Positions 11,214-19,716 of a stretch of 64,000 bases of DNA are shown here, piece by piece. Position numbers and translations under genes: made by a program. The notes beneath the pieces were generated by a model, which did no database searches, was not told the DNA's origin, and saw only the letters and a list, made by a program, of their open reading frames with translations. Source of the stretch: Deltaproteobacteria bacterium (lineage in GTDB: Bacteria; Myxococcota_A; Polyangia; JAAYKL01); assembly GCA_028713995.1 (NCBI GenBank), contig JAQTNF010000008.1, forward strand, positions 450 to 64,449, in the 5' to 3' direction. The stretch's first letter is position 1; each line of letters opens with the position of its first letter.

Positions 11214-11453
11214 GAACTCACCTTAAAGCGGCAGGGGGGCCGTGGGCAACATCGACGAGAACCGAGGCCGGACAGAAGCACATGGGTAGAGCCCCTGACC
11301 CTGGACCACGCTCCGCGGACACCGCCCGCGAAGCGCCGCTACCCGAGACGGTGAAGTCCGCCATCCTGCTGAAGGTGCTGGCTACAACCTCCTGCGGCTG
11401 CGCGCCGCGAAGCCGGCGGCGCATGGGAGGCCTGATTTCGGATGTCGCCGGAC

Positions 11454-11498
11454 TTCACAAATTCGTGACGCAATTTTTGCGAAGCCGTCATAGTATGT
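11454..11498 (+). promoter_or_regulatory. Candidate Pho-box-like element and -10 upstream of DUF47-pit
   Basis: TTCACA (11454) and GTCATA (11487) are 33 nt (3 x 11) apart in an AT-richer patch; TAGTAT follows at 11491. Confidence 0.3.
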
Positions 11499-11552
11499 GC
11501 GCCGTTCAGCGCCCCCGGCAGCGCCAAAGCCGGGGCGAGGAGGAGGGCACGC

Positions 11553-12176
11553 ATGTTCCGCATGACCCAGAGGGAGATGACCTTCTTCGACGTGTTCGAG
11601 GAGGCCTCCGAGATATCGTACCAGTCCGCGGTGATCCTGCAGGATCTGGTGCTGCACTACCAGGACCCGGACGCCAAGATCAAGGCGCTCGAGGAGAAGG
11701 AGCACGAGGGAGACAAGCTCGTGCACGTCATGATGGACCGGCTCAACAAGTCGTTCATCACGCCCATCGATCGCGAGGACCTGTTCCTCATCTCCAAGGA
11801 CCTCGACACCATCACCGACCTCGTCGAGTCCACGGCGCACCTGTTCACCATGTTCGACGTGACCTCGGTCAAGGACGAGGCCAAGGAGCTCGTGCGGCTC
11901 ATCGTGGCGGCCACGGGCGAGGTGCACGCGGTGACCAAGGAGATGAAGAACTTCAAGAAGAGCAAGGAGCTCAAGCCCAAGGTGATCGAGATCAACCGCC
12001 TCGAGAACGAGGGCGACCGGCTGTACCGGCGCGCGGTGCGGGCCCTGTTCACGCAGGAGAAGGATCCGCTGGAGGTCATGAAGTGGAAGGAGGTCTACGA
12101 GTACCTCGAGAGCTCCCTCGACGCCTGCGAGCACGTGGCCAACGTCATCCTGGGCGTGGTGGTCAAGCATGCCTGA
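11553..12176 (+). CDS. DUF47 family PhoU-like phosphate transport regulator
   Basis: LEEKEHEGD..L..SFITPIDRED, IEINRLENEGD, WKEVYEYLE..DACEHVA; directly upstream of pit. Confidence 0.9.
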   Translation: MFRMTQREMTFFDVFEEASEISYQSAVILQDLVLHYQDPDAKIKALEEKEHEGDKLVHVMMDRLNKSFITPIDREDLFLISKDLDTITDLVESTAHLFTMFDVTSVKDEAKELVRLIVAATGEVHAVTKEMKNFKKSKELKPKVIEINRLENEGDRLYRRAVRALFTQEKDPLEVMKWKEVYEYLESSLDACEHVANVILGVVVKHA

Positions 12177-13194
12177 TGCGTCGACCCTGGCCGTGCTTGG
12201 AGCGGTCGTGGTCCTGGCGCTGGCCTTCGACTTCATCAACGGCTTCCACGACACGGCCATTTCCATCGCCACGTCCGTGTCCACGCGCGTGCTCACGCCG
12301 CGCCAGGCGATCCTGATGGCCGCGGTGCTGAACTTCGTGGGCGCGCTCATCAGCCACAGCGTGGCCAAGACCATCTCGAGCGGCCTCGTCCACACCCAGC
12401 TCGTGCCCGAGTACGTGGTGATCGCCACCTTGATCGCGGCCATCACCTGGAACCTCGTCACCTGGTACTACGGCATCCCGTCGAGCTCGTCGCACGCGCT
12501 CATCGGGGGGCTCGTGGGCTCGGCAATCGCATTCTCGGCGGGTCTCGACATCGTGAAGTGGGACGGGGTGGTGGAGAAGGTGCTCATCCCGCTCGTCACC
12601 TCTCCGGTTGTGGGCTTCCTCCTGGGCTACGTATTCATGAAGCTCCTCGCGGCCGCGCTCGCGTGGGCCAGCCCGCAGTTCGTCAACCGCTGGTTTTCCA
12701 AGCTGCAGATCGTGAGCGCCGCGTTCATGGCTTACTCGCACGGCATGAACGACGCGCAGAAGTCCATGGGCATCATCACCTTCGCCATGATAGGTGCGAA
12801 CATCCTGCCGCTCGGCGCCAACGTGCCGGTGTGGGTCATGCTGGCATGCGCGCTCGCCATGGCGCTCGGCACGGCCACGGGCGGGTGGCGCATCATCAAG
12901 ACCATGGGCTGCTCCATGATCAAGCTGCAGCCCATCAACGGCTTCGCGGCCCAGACCACGGGCGCCGCGGTGATCGTCGCGGCCTCGATCATAGGCGCGC
13001 CGGTCAGCACCACGCACGTGGTGTCCTCGTCGATCATGGGCGTGGGTGCTTCCAAGCGCCTGTCGGCCGTGCGCTGGATGCTGGCGTGGAACATCGTGTG
13101 GGCGTGGGTCATCACCATCCCCGTGACCGCGATCATGGGCGCGCTCGTGGTGCTCGCCATCAAGACCCTGCGCGTCCTGCTGCACATCGGCTGA
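12169..13194 (+). CDS. pitA: Inorganic phosphate transporter (PiT family)
   Basis: FDFINGFHDTA, GIPSSSSHALIGG, HGMNDAQKSMG, GWRIIKTMG, PVSTTH. Confidence 0.92.
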   Translation: MPDASTLAVLGAVVVLALAFDFINGFHDTAISIATSVSTRVLTPRQAILMAAVLNFVGALISHSVAKTISSGLVHTQLVPEYVVIATLIAAITWNLVTWYYGIPSSSSHALIGGLVGSAIAFSAGLDIVKWDGVVEKVLIPLVTSPVVGFLLGYVFMKLLAAALAWASPQFVNRWFSKLQIVSAAFMAYSHGMNDAQKSMGIITFAMIGANILPLGANVPVWVMLACALAMALGTATGGWRIIKTMGCSMIKLQPINGFAAQTTGAAVIVAASIIGAPVSTTHVVSSSIMGVGASKRLSAVRWMLAWNIVWAWVITIPVTAIMGALVVLAIKTLRVLLHIG

Positions 13195-13202
13195 CCCCAG
13201 GC

Positions 13203-13232
13203 TTGCCGATCGGACCAGACCAGACTAGACTA
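13203..13232 (+). promoter_or_regulatory. Sigma70-type promoter of the vapBC module, overlapped by pentamer repeats
   Basis: TTGCCG-N17-TAGACT; GACCA GACCA GACTA GACTA at 13213-13232; AAGGAGG RBS follows. Confidence 0.6.
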
Positions 13233-13251
13233 TCTATTAAGGAGGCCTCCG

Positions 13252-13491
13252 ATGGAGGTGACGAACATTTCCGAGGCGAAGGCGCGGCTGTCCGCGCTGA
13301 TCGACAAGGTCACGGCCGGCGAAGAGGTCATCATCGGCAAGGCCGGCAGGCCGGTCGCGAAAATCGTGCGCTACAATTCGAGCGAGGAGCCCCGGCGCCC
13401 GGGCGCCCTGCGCGGGAAGATCACGATCGCCGTCGACTTCGACGATCTGCCCGCGGACGTCGCCGAGTCCTTCGGCATGGCGGCCCGATGA
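13252..13491 (+). CDS. Type II antitoxin, Phd/YefM family
   Basis: NISEAKARLSALIDKV..GEEVIIGKAGRPVAKI; ATGA overlap with the PIN toxin. Confidence 0.9.
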   Translation: MEVTNISEAKARLSALIDKVTAGEEVIIGKAGRPVAKIVRYNSSEEPRRPGALRGKITIAVDFDDLPADVAESFGMAAR

Positions 13492-13865
13492 ACCTGCTCC
13501 TCGACACGCACGTTCTGCTCTGGTGGCTGGAAGACAACCCGACCCTGTCGCCCAAGGCCAGGGACGCCGTGGCCGAGGGGCGCAACATGGTCTTCGTCAG
13601 CGCAGCGTCGATCTGGGAGATCCGCATCAAACAGGCTCTTCGCAAGCTGCGACTGCCGAGGAACTTCCGCGAAGTGCTCGACAGCCAGCCGTTCCGCGCT
13701 CTGCCCGTCACCTGGGAGCACGCGCACGCGGTCCACGAGCTGCCCGACCATCACCGAGATCCCTTCGACCGCATGCTGGTGGCCCAGGCCAAGGTGGAGC
13801 GCCTCGCGATCGTGACGCGGGACGAGCGCATCAAGAAGTACGCGGTCACCGTGATCGAGGCGTGA
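13488..13865 (+). CDS. vapC: Type II toxin, VapC/PIN-domain ribonuclease
   Basis: MNLLLDTHVLLWW, SAASIWEI, HHRDPFDRMLVAQA, IVTRD; start at ATG 13488. Confidence 0.92.
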   Translation: MNLLLDTHVLLWWLEDNPTLSPKARDAVAEGRNMVFVSAASIWEIRIKQALRKLRLPRNFREVLDSQPFRALPVTWEHAHAVHELPDHHRDPFDRMLVAQAKVERLAIVTRDERIKKYAVTVIEA

Positions 13866-13884
13866 CGGCGCCGGCCGAGCAGGC

Positions 13885-15666
13885 TCACTCCGCGGGCAGG
13901 CGGATCGTGAACGTGCTGCCGCGGCCCATCTCGCTTGCGACCTCGACCCTTCCGCCGTGGGCCTGGGCGATGTGCTTGACGATGGAGAGGCCGAGCCCGG
14001 TGCCGCCCTGCTTGCGGCTGCGCGCCTTGTCGACCCGGTAGAAGCGCTCGAACAGGCGCGGCAGGTGCTCTGTTCCGATGCCCGGACCCTCGTCGCGCAC
14101 AAAGACCAAGACCTCGCCCGTGCCGGAATCGCGCCGCGCCGCGACAAAGACCGCCGTGCCGGGCTCCGCGAACTTGATGGCGTTGTCGAGCAGGTTGACG
14201 ACCGCCTGCTCGAGCAGGGGCCCGTTGACACGGGCCTCAAGGGCCTCATCGCAATCGAGGTCCATGCGGACGCGGCGCTCGGAAGCCCGCGGGGCGCACA
14301 GGGCGATGGCCGCCTTGAGAACGGGCCGCAGGCGCGCGATCTCGCGGACCACGCGATCCTGTTCGGTGTCCTCCTCGAGGCGGCTCAAGGCGAGGAGATC
14401 CTCTATGATGGCGTTGAGCCGATCCGCGTGGCTCGCCACGATGTCGAGGAAGCCCCGGGCGTTCTCGGGATCGCCGAGCGCGCCGTCGCGCAGCGTCTCC
14501 ACGAAGCCCTTGATGCTGGTGATGGGCGTGCGCAGCTCGTGCGACACATTGGCCACGAAGTCGCGCCGCATGGTCTCGAGGTGCTTCAGGCGCGTCACGT
14601 CGTTGAGCACGACCAGGGCCCCGGCCGGCCGGCCGCGCTCGTCGGGCAGTGTGGTGCCGTGCGCCTGCAGGGTCCTGTCCACGTCGGTGCGCAGCGCGAT
14701 CTCGGTCTCCACCACGCCCGGACTGGACAGCGTCCTGCCCACCAGGTTGGCGAGGTCCGGGTTGCGGACGACGCGGAAAAGGGTCTTGCCGCGCGCGGCC
14801 TCGGGATCGAGGCCGAAGAGGAGGCCCGCGGCGCGGTTCATGCGCACGACGCGATCGTCGGCGTCCACCACGAGCACGGCCTCCACCATGCCGGCCAGCA
14901 TGGCCTCGAGCTCGTTGCGCTGGGCCGTGGTCACGCGCAGGCGCTCCTCGAGCTGCGCGGCCATCTCGTTGATGGTCTTCGCCAGAGCGCCGTACTCCTC
15001 CACGTCGGGGACGAAGAGCCGGTGGGACAGATCACCCTTGCCGAGGCGCTCGAGCTCCGCGCGCAGGCGCCGCAGCGGCCGGCTGAGCCACAGCGCCACG
15101 AGCCACGCCAGAAGGGCCGCGGCCGCCGCCACGGTCGCGCCGCTCACGGCCAGGTTGCGCAGATCGGCCTTGGTGTTGTGGGCCACGAGCGTGAGCGGCA
15201 GCGCGGTCCGCACCACGGCGCGCACGCGGCCCGCCGCGCCCACGGGCACGGCCACGTAAACCATCCGCTGGCCGAGGGTCGAGCTCTCGCGGATCGTCGA
15301 GCCGACCCTGCCGCTCCTCGCCTCGCGGAACTCGGGCCGGTCCGCGTGGCTCCCCATGCGCGAGGGATCCATCTCGGAGTCCGCCTCGATCGCCCCGTCC
15401 GGCCAGATGACGGTGAGGCGCGTGCCCGTTCGCCTCCCGCGCTCCTTGCACAGGCGCTCGAGATCCGCGGCGTGCGCCGGATCGAGCAGGGGCTCGGCCG
15501 CGGCCGCGAACAGCCACGCCTGGGCCTCGAGCGAGGCCCGGGTCTGGCGCAGGGCGCCGCGCTCGACGAAGCCGAAAACCACCCACGCCGCGGCGGCGAG
15601 CGTGAGGACCACGATGACGAGGTACGAGGGGTACAGGAGCCGGATGAGGGACCTTCGCCGGTCCAT
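13885..15666 (-). CDS. phoR: Sensor histidine kinase, PhoR-like (TM-periplasmic-HAMP-PAS-HisKA-HATPase)
   Basis: FVANVSHELRTPITSIKG, NLLDNAIKF, DEGPGI, LFERFYRVDKARSR..GGTGLGLSIVKH; PAS region; near the pit locus. Confidence 0.8.
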   Translation of the reverse strand: MDRRRSLIRLLYPSYLVIVVLTLAAAAWVVFGFVERGALRQTRASLEAQAWLFAAAAEPLLDPAHAADLERLCKERGRRTGTRLTVIWPDGAIEADSEMDPSRMGSHADRPEFREARSGRVGSTIRESSTLGQRMVYVAVPVGAAGRVRAVVRTALPLTLVAHNTKADLRNLAVSGATVAAAAALLAWLVALWLSRPLRRLRAELERLGKGDLSHRLFVPDVEEYGALAKTINEMAAQLEERLRVTTAQRNELEAMLAGMVEAVLVVDADDRVVRMNRAAGLLFGLDPEAARGKTLFRVVRNPDLANLVGRTLSSPGVVETEIALRTDVDRTLQAHGTTLPDERGRPAGALVVLNDVTRLKHLETMRRDFVANVSHELRTPITSIKGFVETLRDGALGDPENARGFLDIVASHADRLNAIIEDLLALSRLEEDTEQDRVVREIARLRPVLKAAIALCAPRASERRVRMDLDCDEALEARVNGPLLEQAVVNLLDNAIKFAEPGTAVFVAARRDSGTGEVLVFVRDEGPGIGTEHLPRLFERFYRVDKARSRKQGGTGLGLSIVKHIAQAHGGRVEVASEMGRGSTFTIRLPAE

Positions 15667-15670
15667 GGCG

Positions 15671-16357
15671 TCAGTCCCTCATCCGGTAGCCGATGCCGCG
15701 CACGGTCTCGACCAACTTGCCGGCGCCGCCGAGCTTGCGGCGCAAACCCACGACCTGCACGTCCACGGCGCGCTCGGTCACCGCGGCGTCGTCGCCCTTG
15801 ACCGCGCCGATGATCTGGGCGCGCGTGAACACCCAGCCGCGCCGCCGCGCGAGGAGCAGGAGCAGCTTGAACTCCGTGGCCGTCAGCTCCACCTTGCGTC
15901 CCTGCACGCTCGCCTCGCGCCTGCCGGGCGACACCGTGAGCTCGCCCACCTCGATGAGCTCGCCCTCGGGGATCGCGGCCGCCTCGCGCCTGCGCAGGAC
16001 CGCGCGCACGCGGGCCACGAGGACCCGGGGCGAGAAGGGCTTCGTGACGTAGTCGTCGGCGCCGAGCGTGAGGCCGGCCACCACGTCCGCGTCCTCGCCG
16101 CGGGCCGTGAGCATCACGATCGGGATGCGCGCCGTGGCCGGATCGGCCTTCATGGCGCGGCACACGTCGAGCCCGTCCATCCCGGGCAGCATGAGGTCGA
16201 GGATCACGAGATCGGGCGCGTCGGCTCTCGCCCGCGCGAGGGCTTCCTCGCCCGTGGCCGCGGTCGTCACGCGGAAGAGCTCCTTCACGAGGTTGTAGCG
16301 GACGAGCGTGAGGAGGTCCTCCTCGTCGTCCACAACCAGGATCCTCGGGCTTGCCAT
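15671..16357 (-). CDS. phoB: OmpR-family response regulator, PhoB-like
   Basis: ILVVDDEE, DLMLPG, LTARGE, GADDYVTKPFSP, winged helix RAVDVQV..LRRKLG..ETVRGIGY. Confidence 0.8.
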   Translation of the reverse strand: MASPRILVVDDEEDLLTLVRYNLVKELFRVTTAATGEEALARARADAPDLVILDLMLPGMDGLDVCRAMKADPATARIPIVMLTARGEDADVVAGLTLGADDYVTKPFSPRVLVARVRAVLRRREAAAIPEGELIEVGELTVSPGRREASVQGRKVELTATEFKLLLLLARRRGWVFTRAQIIGAVKGDDAAVTERAVDVQVVGLRRKLGGAGKLVETVRGIGYRMRD

Positions 16358-16365
16358 GGCTCTCC

Positions 16366-17310
16366 TCACCGCCCCATGGCGTCAACCACGAAGTCCACGA
16401 TCCGTTTCTTGTAGACCTCGAACTCGCGGTGCAGGGCGGCCGGCATCTCGTCCGGGTGCGAGAACTCGCGCGGCTCCTCGTCGCCCTCGTACGACGGGAC
16501 GGGCACGTTGTGGTGCGTCGCGCCCTCCACCCGGAAGAAGCGGTTCAGGGGGTTGTTGCCGGACACCGCCCTCCACAGGATGCGCGACTGACGGTAGTCC
16601 ACGGTCGCGTCGGCCGTGCCGTGCATGATCATGAAGGGCACCGTCACGTCGGCGATGTGCGAGGCGTTGTCGAACCTCGCGTCCGCGAGCCACGAGCCGG
16701 GCAGATCGTAGTCGGTGCCGCTCTTCACGAGCTCGTCCACGCTGGCGAAGGCCGACTCCGTGAAGCACGCCGCCACCTCGCGGCCGCTCTCGGGCGAGCA
16801 CAGGTGGATGGCCGGCGCGCCGCCGAGCGAGTAGCCGACGGAAAAGACGGCGCCCGCGTCGTGCTTCTCCTTGACGTAGTCGTAGGCGGTCTCCACGTCC
16901 ACGTAGATGTGGCCCTCGGTGGTGGTGCCCCCGCTCGCGCCGTAACCCCGGTAGTCGTACATGAGCACGTTGAAACCCATGTCCTCGAAGTAGCCCACCC
17001 GGTACCAGTAGCGCAGCATGTTGCCGGTGTTGCCGTGGCTGAAGACGACCGTGATGTCGTCGGCCGGATCGAGGCGCGGATCGAGCTTCGCCACGTCCCT
17101 CTCCACGTAGATGACGTGCATGAGGTCGCCGCCCTCGCCCGAGGGCACGAGCTCGCTCGTGATGCGATCGGGCGCGATGCCGTCGAGCGCGTCCGAGGTG
17201 AAGTCGTAGTCGTCGAGCGACGCGCCCTGCGAGTCGAACAGGAAGCCGTCGAGCTTGACGCAGCCCGCGAACAGGGCGAACGCGATTGCGGCGAGGCGCC
17301 TACCTCCCAT
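16366..17310 (-). CDS. Alpha/beta-hydrolase lipoprotein
   Basis: FAG-C lipobox; HGNTGN, DYRGYGAS, GYSLGG nucleophile elbow, HGTADATV, GATHH. Confidence 0.85.
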   Translation of the reverse strand: MGGRRLAAIAFALFAGCVKLDGFLFDSQGASLDDYDFTSDALDGIAPDRITSELVPSGEGGDLMHVIYVERDVAKLDPRLDPADDITVVFSHGNTGNMLRYWYRVGYFEDMGFNVLMYDYRGYGASGGTTTEGHIYVDVETAYDYVKEKHDAGAVFSVGYSLGGAPAIHLCSPESGREVAACFTESAFASVDELVKSGTDYDLPGSWLADARFDNASHIADVTVPFMIMHGTADATVDYRQSRILWRAVSGNNPLNRFFRVEGATHHNVPVPSYEGDEEPREFSHPDEMPAALHREFEVYKKRIVDFVVDAMGR

Positions 17311-18001
17311 CGCGGCCCTCCTTGCATCGCAGGTCGAGCATGTTCCAGCGCACCTTGACGCCGAGGAGCACGCCGAGCGCGCCGCGGTTGTCCAGGGACA
17401 CGTATTCGACCGGCGAGGCCGAGACGTCGAACGACGGGTGGAACCACACGCCCGCGAGCGACACGCTCGTGCGCCCGAAGTCGGCCTCGAGGCCCGCGAA
17501 CACGTCGGTGACGACGCGCCCGCCTCGCGGATCGGGAATGATCTCGAGCCCCACGAACGGCGTGAGCCAGTCGAAGGTGTAGCTCGCGGCCATGTCGACG
17601 AGCGGTCCCACGCGCGCGGCCGTGTCGAAGTCGGTGAGGAGCACGAAGCCTGCGCTCGTGGCCAGGTTCGGCCCGATGCGGCCCTTGTGCCGGACGAGCC
17701 CGAGCGTCAGCCCGCCGTCCATGGCGAGGAAGCCGCCCGCCACGAGCGGCAGGAGGTTCACGTGCCCGGAGACGTCGAGCCGATCGGTGAGCCCGTAGCG
17801 CGCGCCCACGGGAACGTTGGGCACCGGGATCGGCGGCCCCAGGTTCCTGACGAGCGGCCCGCCGAGGCTCCCCTCGGCCTGCAACACGCCGCGTCCCACG
17901 GTGCGGCCCGCGTGCGTGGGGGCGCACCCCGCGGCCGCGAGCACGAGGATCGCCCCAAGGGCCCATCCCGTCCACGGAACCGCTCGCAAAAGGAGTGTCA
18001 T
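17300..18001 (-). CDS. Hypothetical beta-strand-rich lipoprotein (possible outer-membrane barrel)
   Basis: AAG-C lipobox; alternating hydrophobic strands (ARYGLTDRLDVSGHV, LGVLLGVKVRW); overlaps both neighbours. Confidence 0.65.
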   Translation of the reverse strand: MTLLLRAVPWTGWALGAILVLAAAGCAPTHAGRTVGRGVLQAEGSLGGPLVRNLGPPIPVPNVPVGARYGLTDRLDVSGHVNLLPLVAGGFLAMDGGLTLGLVRHKGRIGPNLATSAGFVLLTDFDTAARVGPLVDMAASYTFDWLTPFVGLEIIPDPRGGRVVTDVFAGLEADFGRTSVSLAGVWFHPSFDVSASPVEYVSLDNRGALGVLLGVKVRWNMLDLRCKEGRDGR

Positions 18002-19716
18002 TTGCCGCCGGAGCCCCTTGAAAAATTCTCCACCGTGAATCCATACTGGAGCCGCTCGAAAAAATCGACTATCGCCGCTCCGCTCACCCGATGTCGGGCA
18101 GGGGAGTCGGGGAGGTCGTCGCCGGAGCAGTTCCCGTCGGCGAGGACGTACTTGCGCCATTTGCGGTTCTTGACCACCAGCAGATCGTTTTCCGCGGTGA
18201 CGCCGCCGATGATCGAGGAGTTCGTGCAGCCGACGAAGAGACTCAAACGGCGCGGGGCGGGCGGCGGATGGCCCGACAGCTGCGCGGCCAGCAGGGCGGG
18301 GAAATCGCCCTGGTTGTAAAGACCGGTTTCCTCCCGGTGGGAGAAGCCGGGATTGATGAAGATGAGCGGCAACCGGTAGACCCACCTTCGCTGGCGGTAT
18401 TCCCAGTCCCGGATTCCGTGGTCGCTCGTCACCACCAGCAGCGTCCGATCAAGCTCCCCGCGGGCCTCGAGGCCGTCCATCACGGCCTGCAGGTGCTCCC
18501 CGTAGTATTCCGTCGAACTCTTGCCGGTGGCGTCGGAATAGTCGCCGATGTGCCCGAACACGCCTTCCTGGAAGACGAAGGCGCGCTTGTGGGCGGCGAG
18601 CTCGCCGAGAATCCGCGGCAGCAGGATCTTGTCCTCGCAGTCGTGCTCGAACTTGTACGGATTGAAGCACAGGAACGGGCCGTGGTTCTCGAACTCCGCC
18701 TGCGACAGCAGCAGCTTCTTGCCCCACGGAAGCTCGAACACGACCAGCTCCTCGTCGGTCTCGGCCGCCGCGACCGCCGTCGAGTAGCCCCGCCCGGACA
18801 TGATGTTGACGAGCGAGCGCTCGTTCTTGAGGAACAGGTAGCGGCGGGCGTCGCGCTCGGTGTAGGCCTCGAAGGGAATCAGCCTCCCGAAGAGCATGGC
18901 CAGCAGCCCGGTCCGGCTGTCCTGGTTGGTGGCGAAGTAGTTCAGGTAGACGTGGGCGTGCCCCATGTGGCGGCGGAAGAAGTGATCGGGCGGCAGCTCG
19001 TGCATGCGCTCCTGAAGCTCGCGCCAGGGAACGCTCTCCATCACGAAGACCATCACCTTGTCGAAGGCGTCCGTCCCGGACCAGTCCGCGGGGCGTCCCA
19101 CGCCGGCATCGGAGAGCTCGGCGGAGAAGCGCGGGCCCTGCACCGCCGGGTGGGAACAGGCCTCGGCCACATCCCGTCCGACCTCCCACAGCACCGAGGG
19201 ATAGAACCGGCAGAAGCCCTGGTGGACCAGCACCAGGACGCTCAAGGCCGAGATCGCAAGGACCGCGGGCTTGCGCGGCGGGGCGGGAAGCCTGCGCCCC
19301 AGGAGAAACGCGGCCGCGGCGAGCCCCAGGAAGATCGCGGCGCCAGACCACAACACCGCGGGCGGCACGACCTCCCGCAGGAAGAAGCCCACGGCGCCGG
19401 GCGAGATGTCCAGCAGGGAAAACTGCCGTGCGGTGGCCTCTTCCAGGAAGTAGGAATGCGCGGTGATGGTGAAGAGAACCGGCAGCTCGAGGGCGAGAAA
19501 CACGAGCCCTCCGGCCAGCAGCTTCCTTGTCGGTCGGCTGCCGCCTGCCGCGACGCCGAGCCAGCACACCCAGAAGAGCAGGCAGCCGTCCGCCACCCAG
19601 GAGGAGAAGAGGGGGAACGCCGGCTCCGTGTTCCATCCCTCAATCATCTTCAGCGGAAGCAGGAGCAGGCAGGCTCCGGCCGTCAGGTAGAAACGGAAAG
19701 CGCCGGGCCGCTTCAT
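17998..19716 (-). CDS. Membrane-anchored alkaline-phosphatase-superfamily protein (sulfatase/LTA-synthase-like)
   Basis: About 5 N-terminal TM helices, VMVFVMES, TSDHG metal-ligand motif; start at ATG 19716 overlapping the upstream stop. Confidence 0.75.
   Translation of the reverse strand: MKRPGAFRFYLTAGACLLLLPLKMIEGWNTEPAFPLFSSWVADGCLLFWVCWLGVAAGGSRPTRKLLAGGLVFLALELPVLFTITAHSYFLEEATARQFSLLDISPGAVGFFLREVVPPAVLWSGAAIFLGLAAAAFLLGRRLPAPPRKPAVLAISALSVLVLVHQGFCRFYPSVLWEVGRDVAEACSHPAVQGPRFSAELSDAGVGRPADWSGTDAFDKVMVFVMESVPWRELQERMHELPPDHFFRRHMGHAHVYLNYFATNQDSRTGLLAMLFGRLIPFEAYTERDARRYLFLKNERSLVNIMSGRGYSTAVAAAETDEELVVFELPWGKKLLLSQAEFENHGPFLCFNPYKFEHDCEDKILLPRILGELAAHKRAFVFQEGVFGHIGDYSDATGKSSTEYYGEHLQAVMDGLEARGELDRTLLVVTSDHGIRDWEYRQRRWVYRLPLIFINPGFSHREETGLYNQGDFPALLAAQLSGHPPPAPRRLSLFVGCTNSSIIGGVTAENDLLVVKNRKWRKYVLADGNCSGDDLPDSPARHRVSGAAIVDFFERLQYGFTVENFSRGSGGK

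Noticed and set aside
12558-13865. 435-aa ORF apparently fusing the pit region to the PIN toxin
   Set aside because: Only the last 125 codons (from ATG 13488) are protein-like; the rest is an alternative frame over pit and the antitoxin
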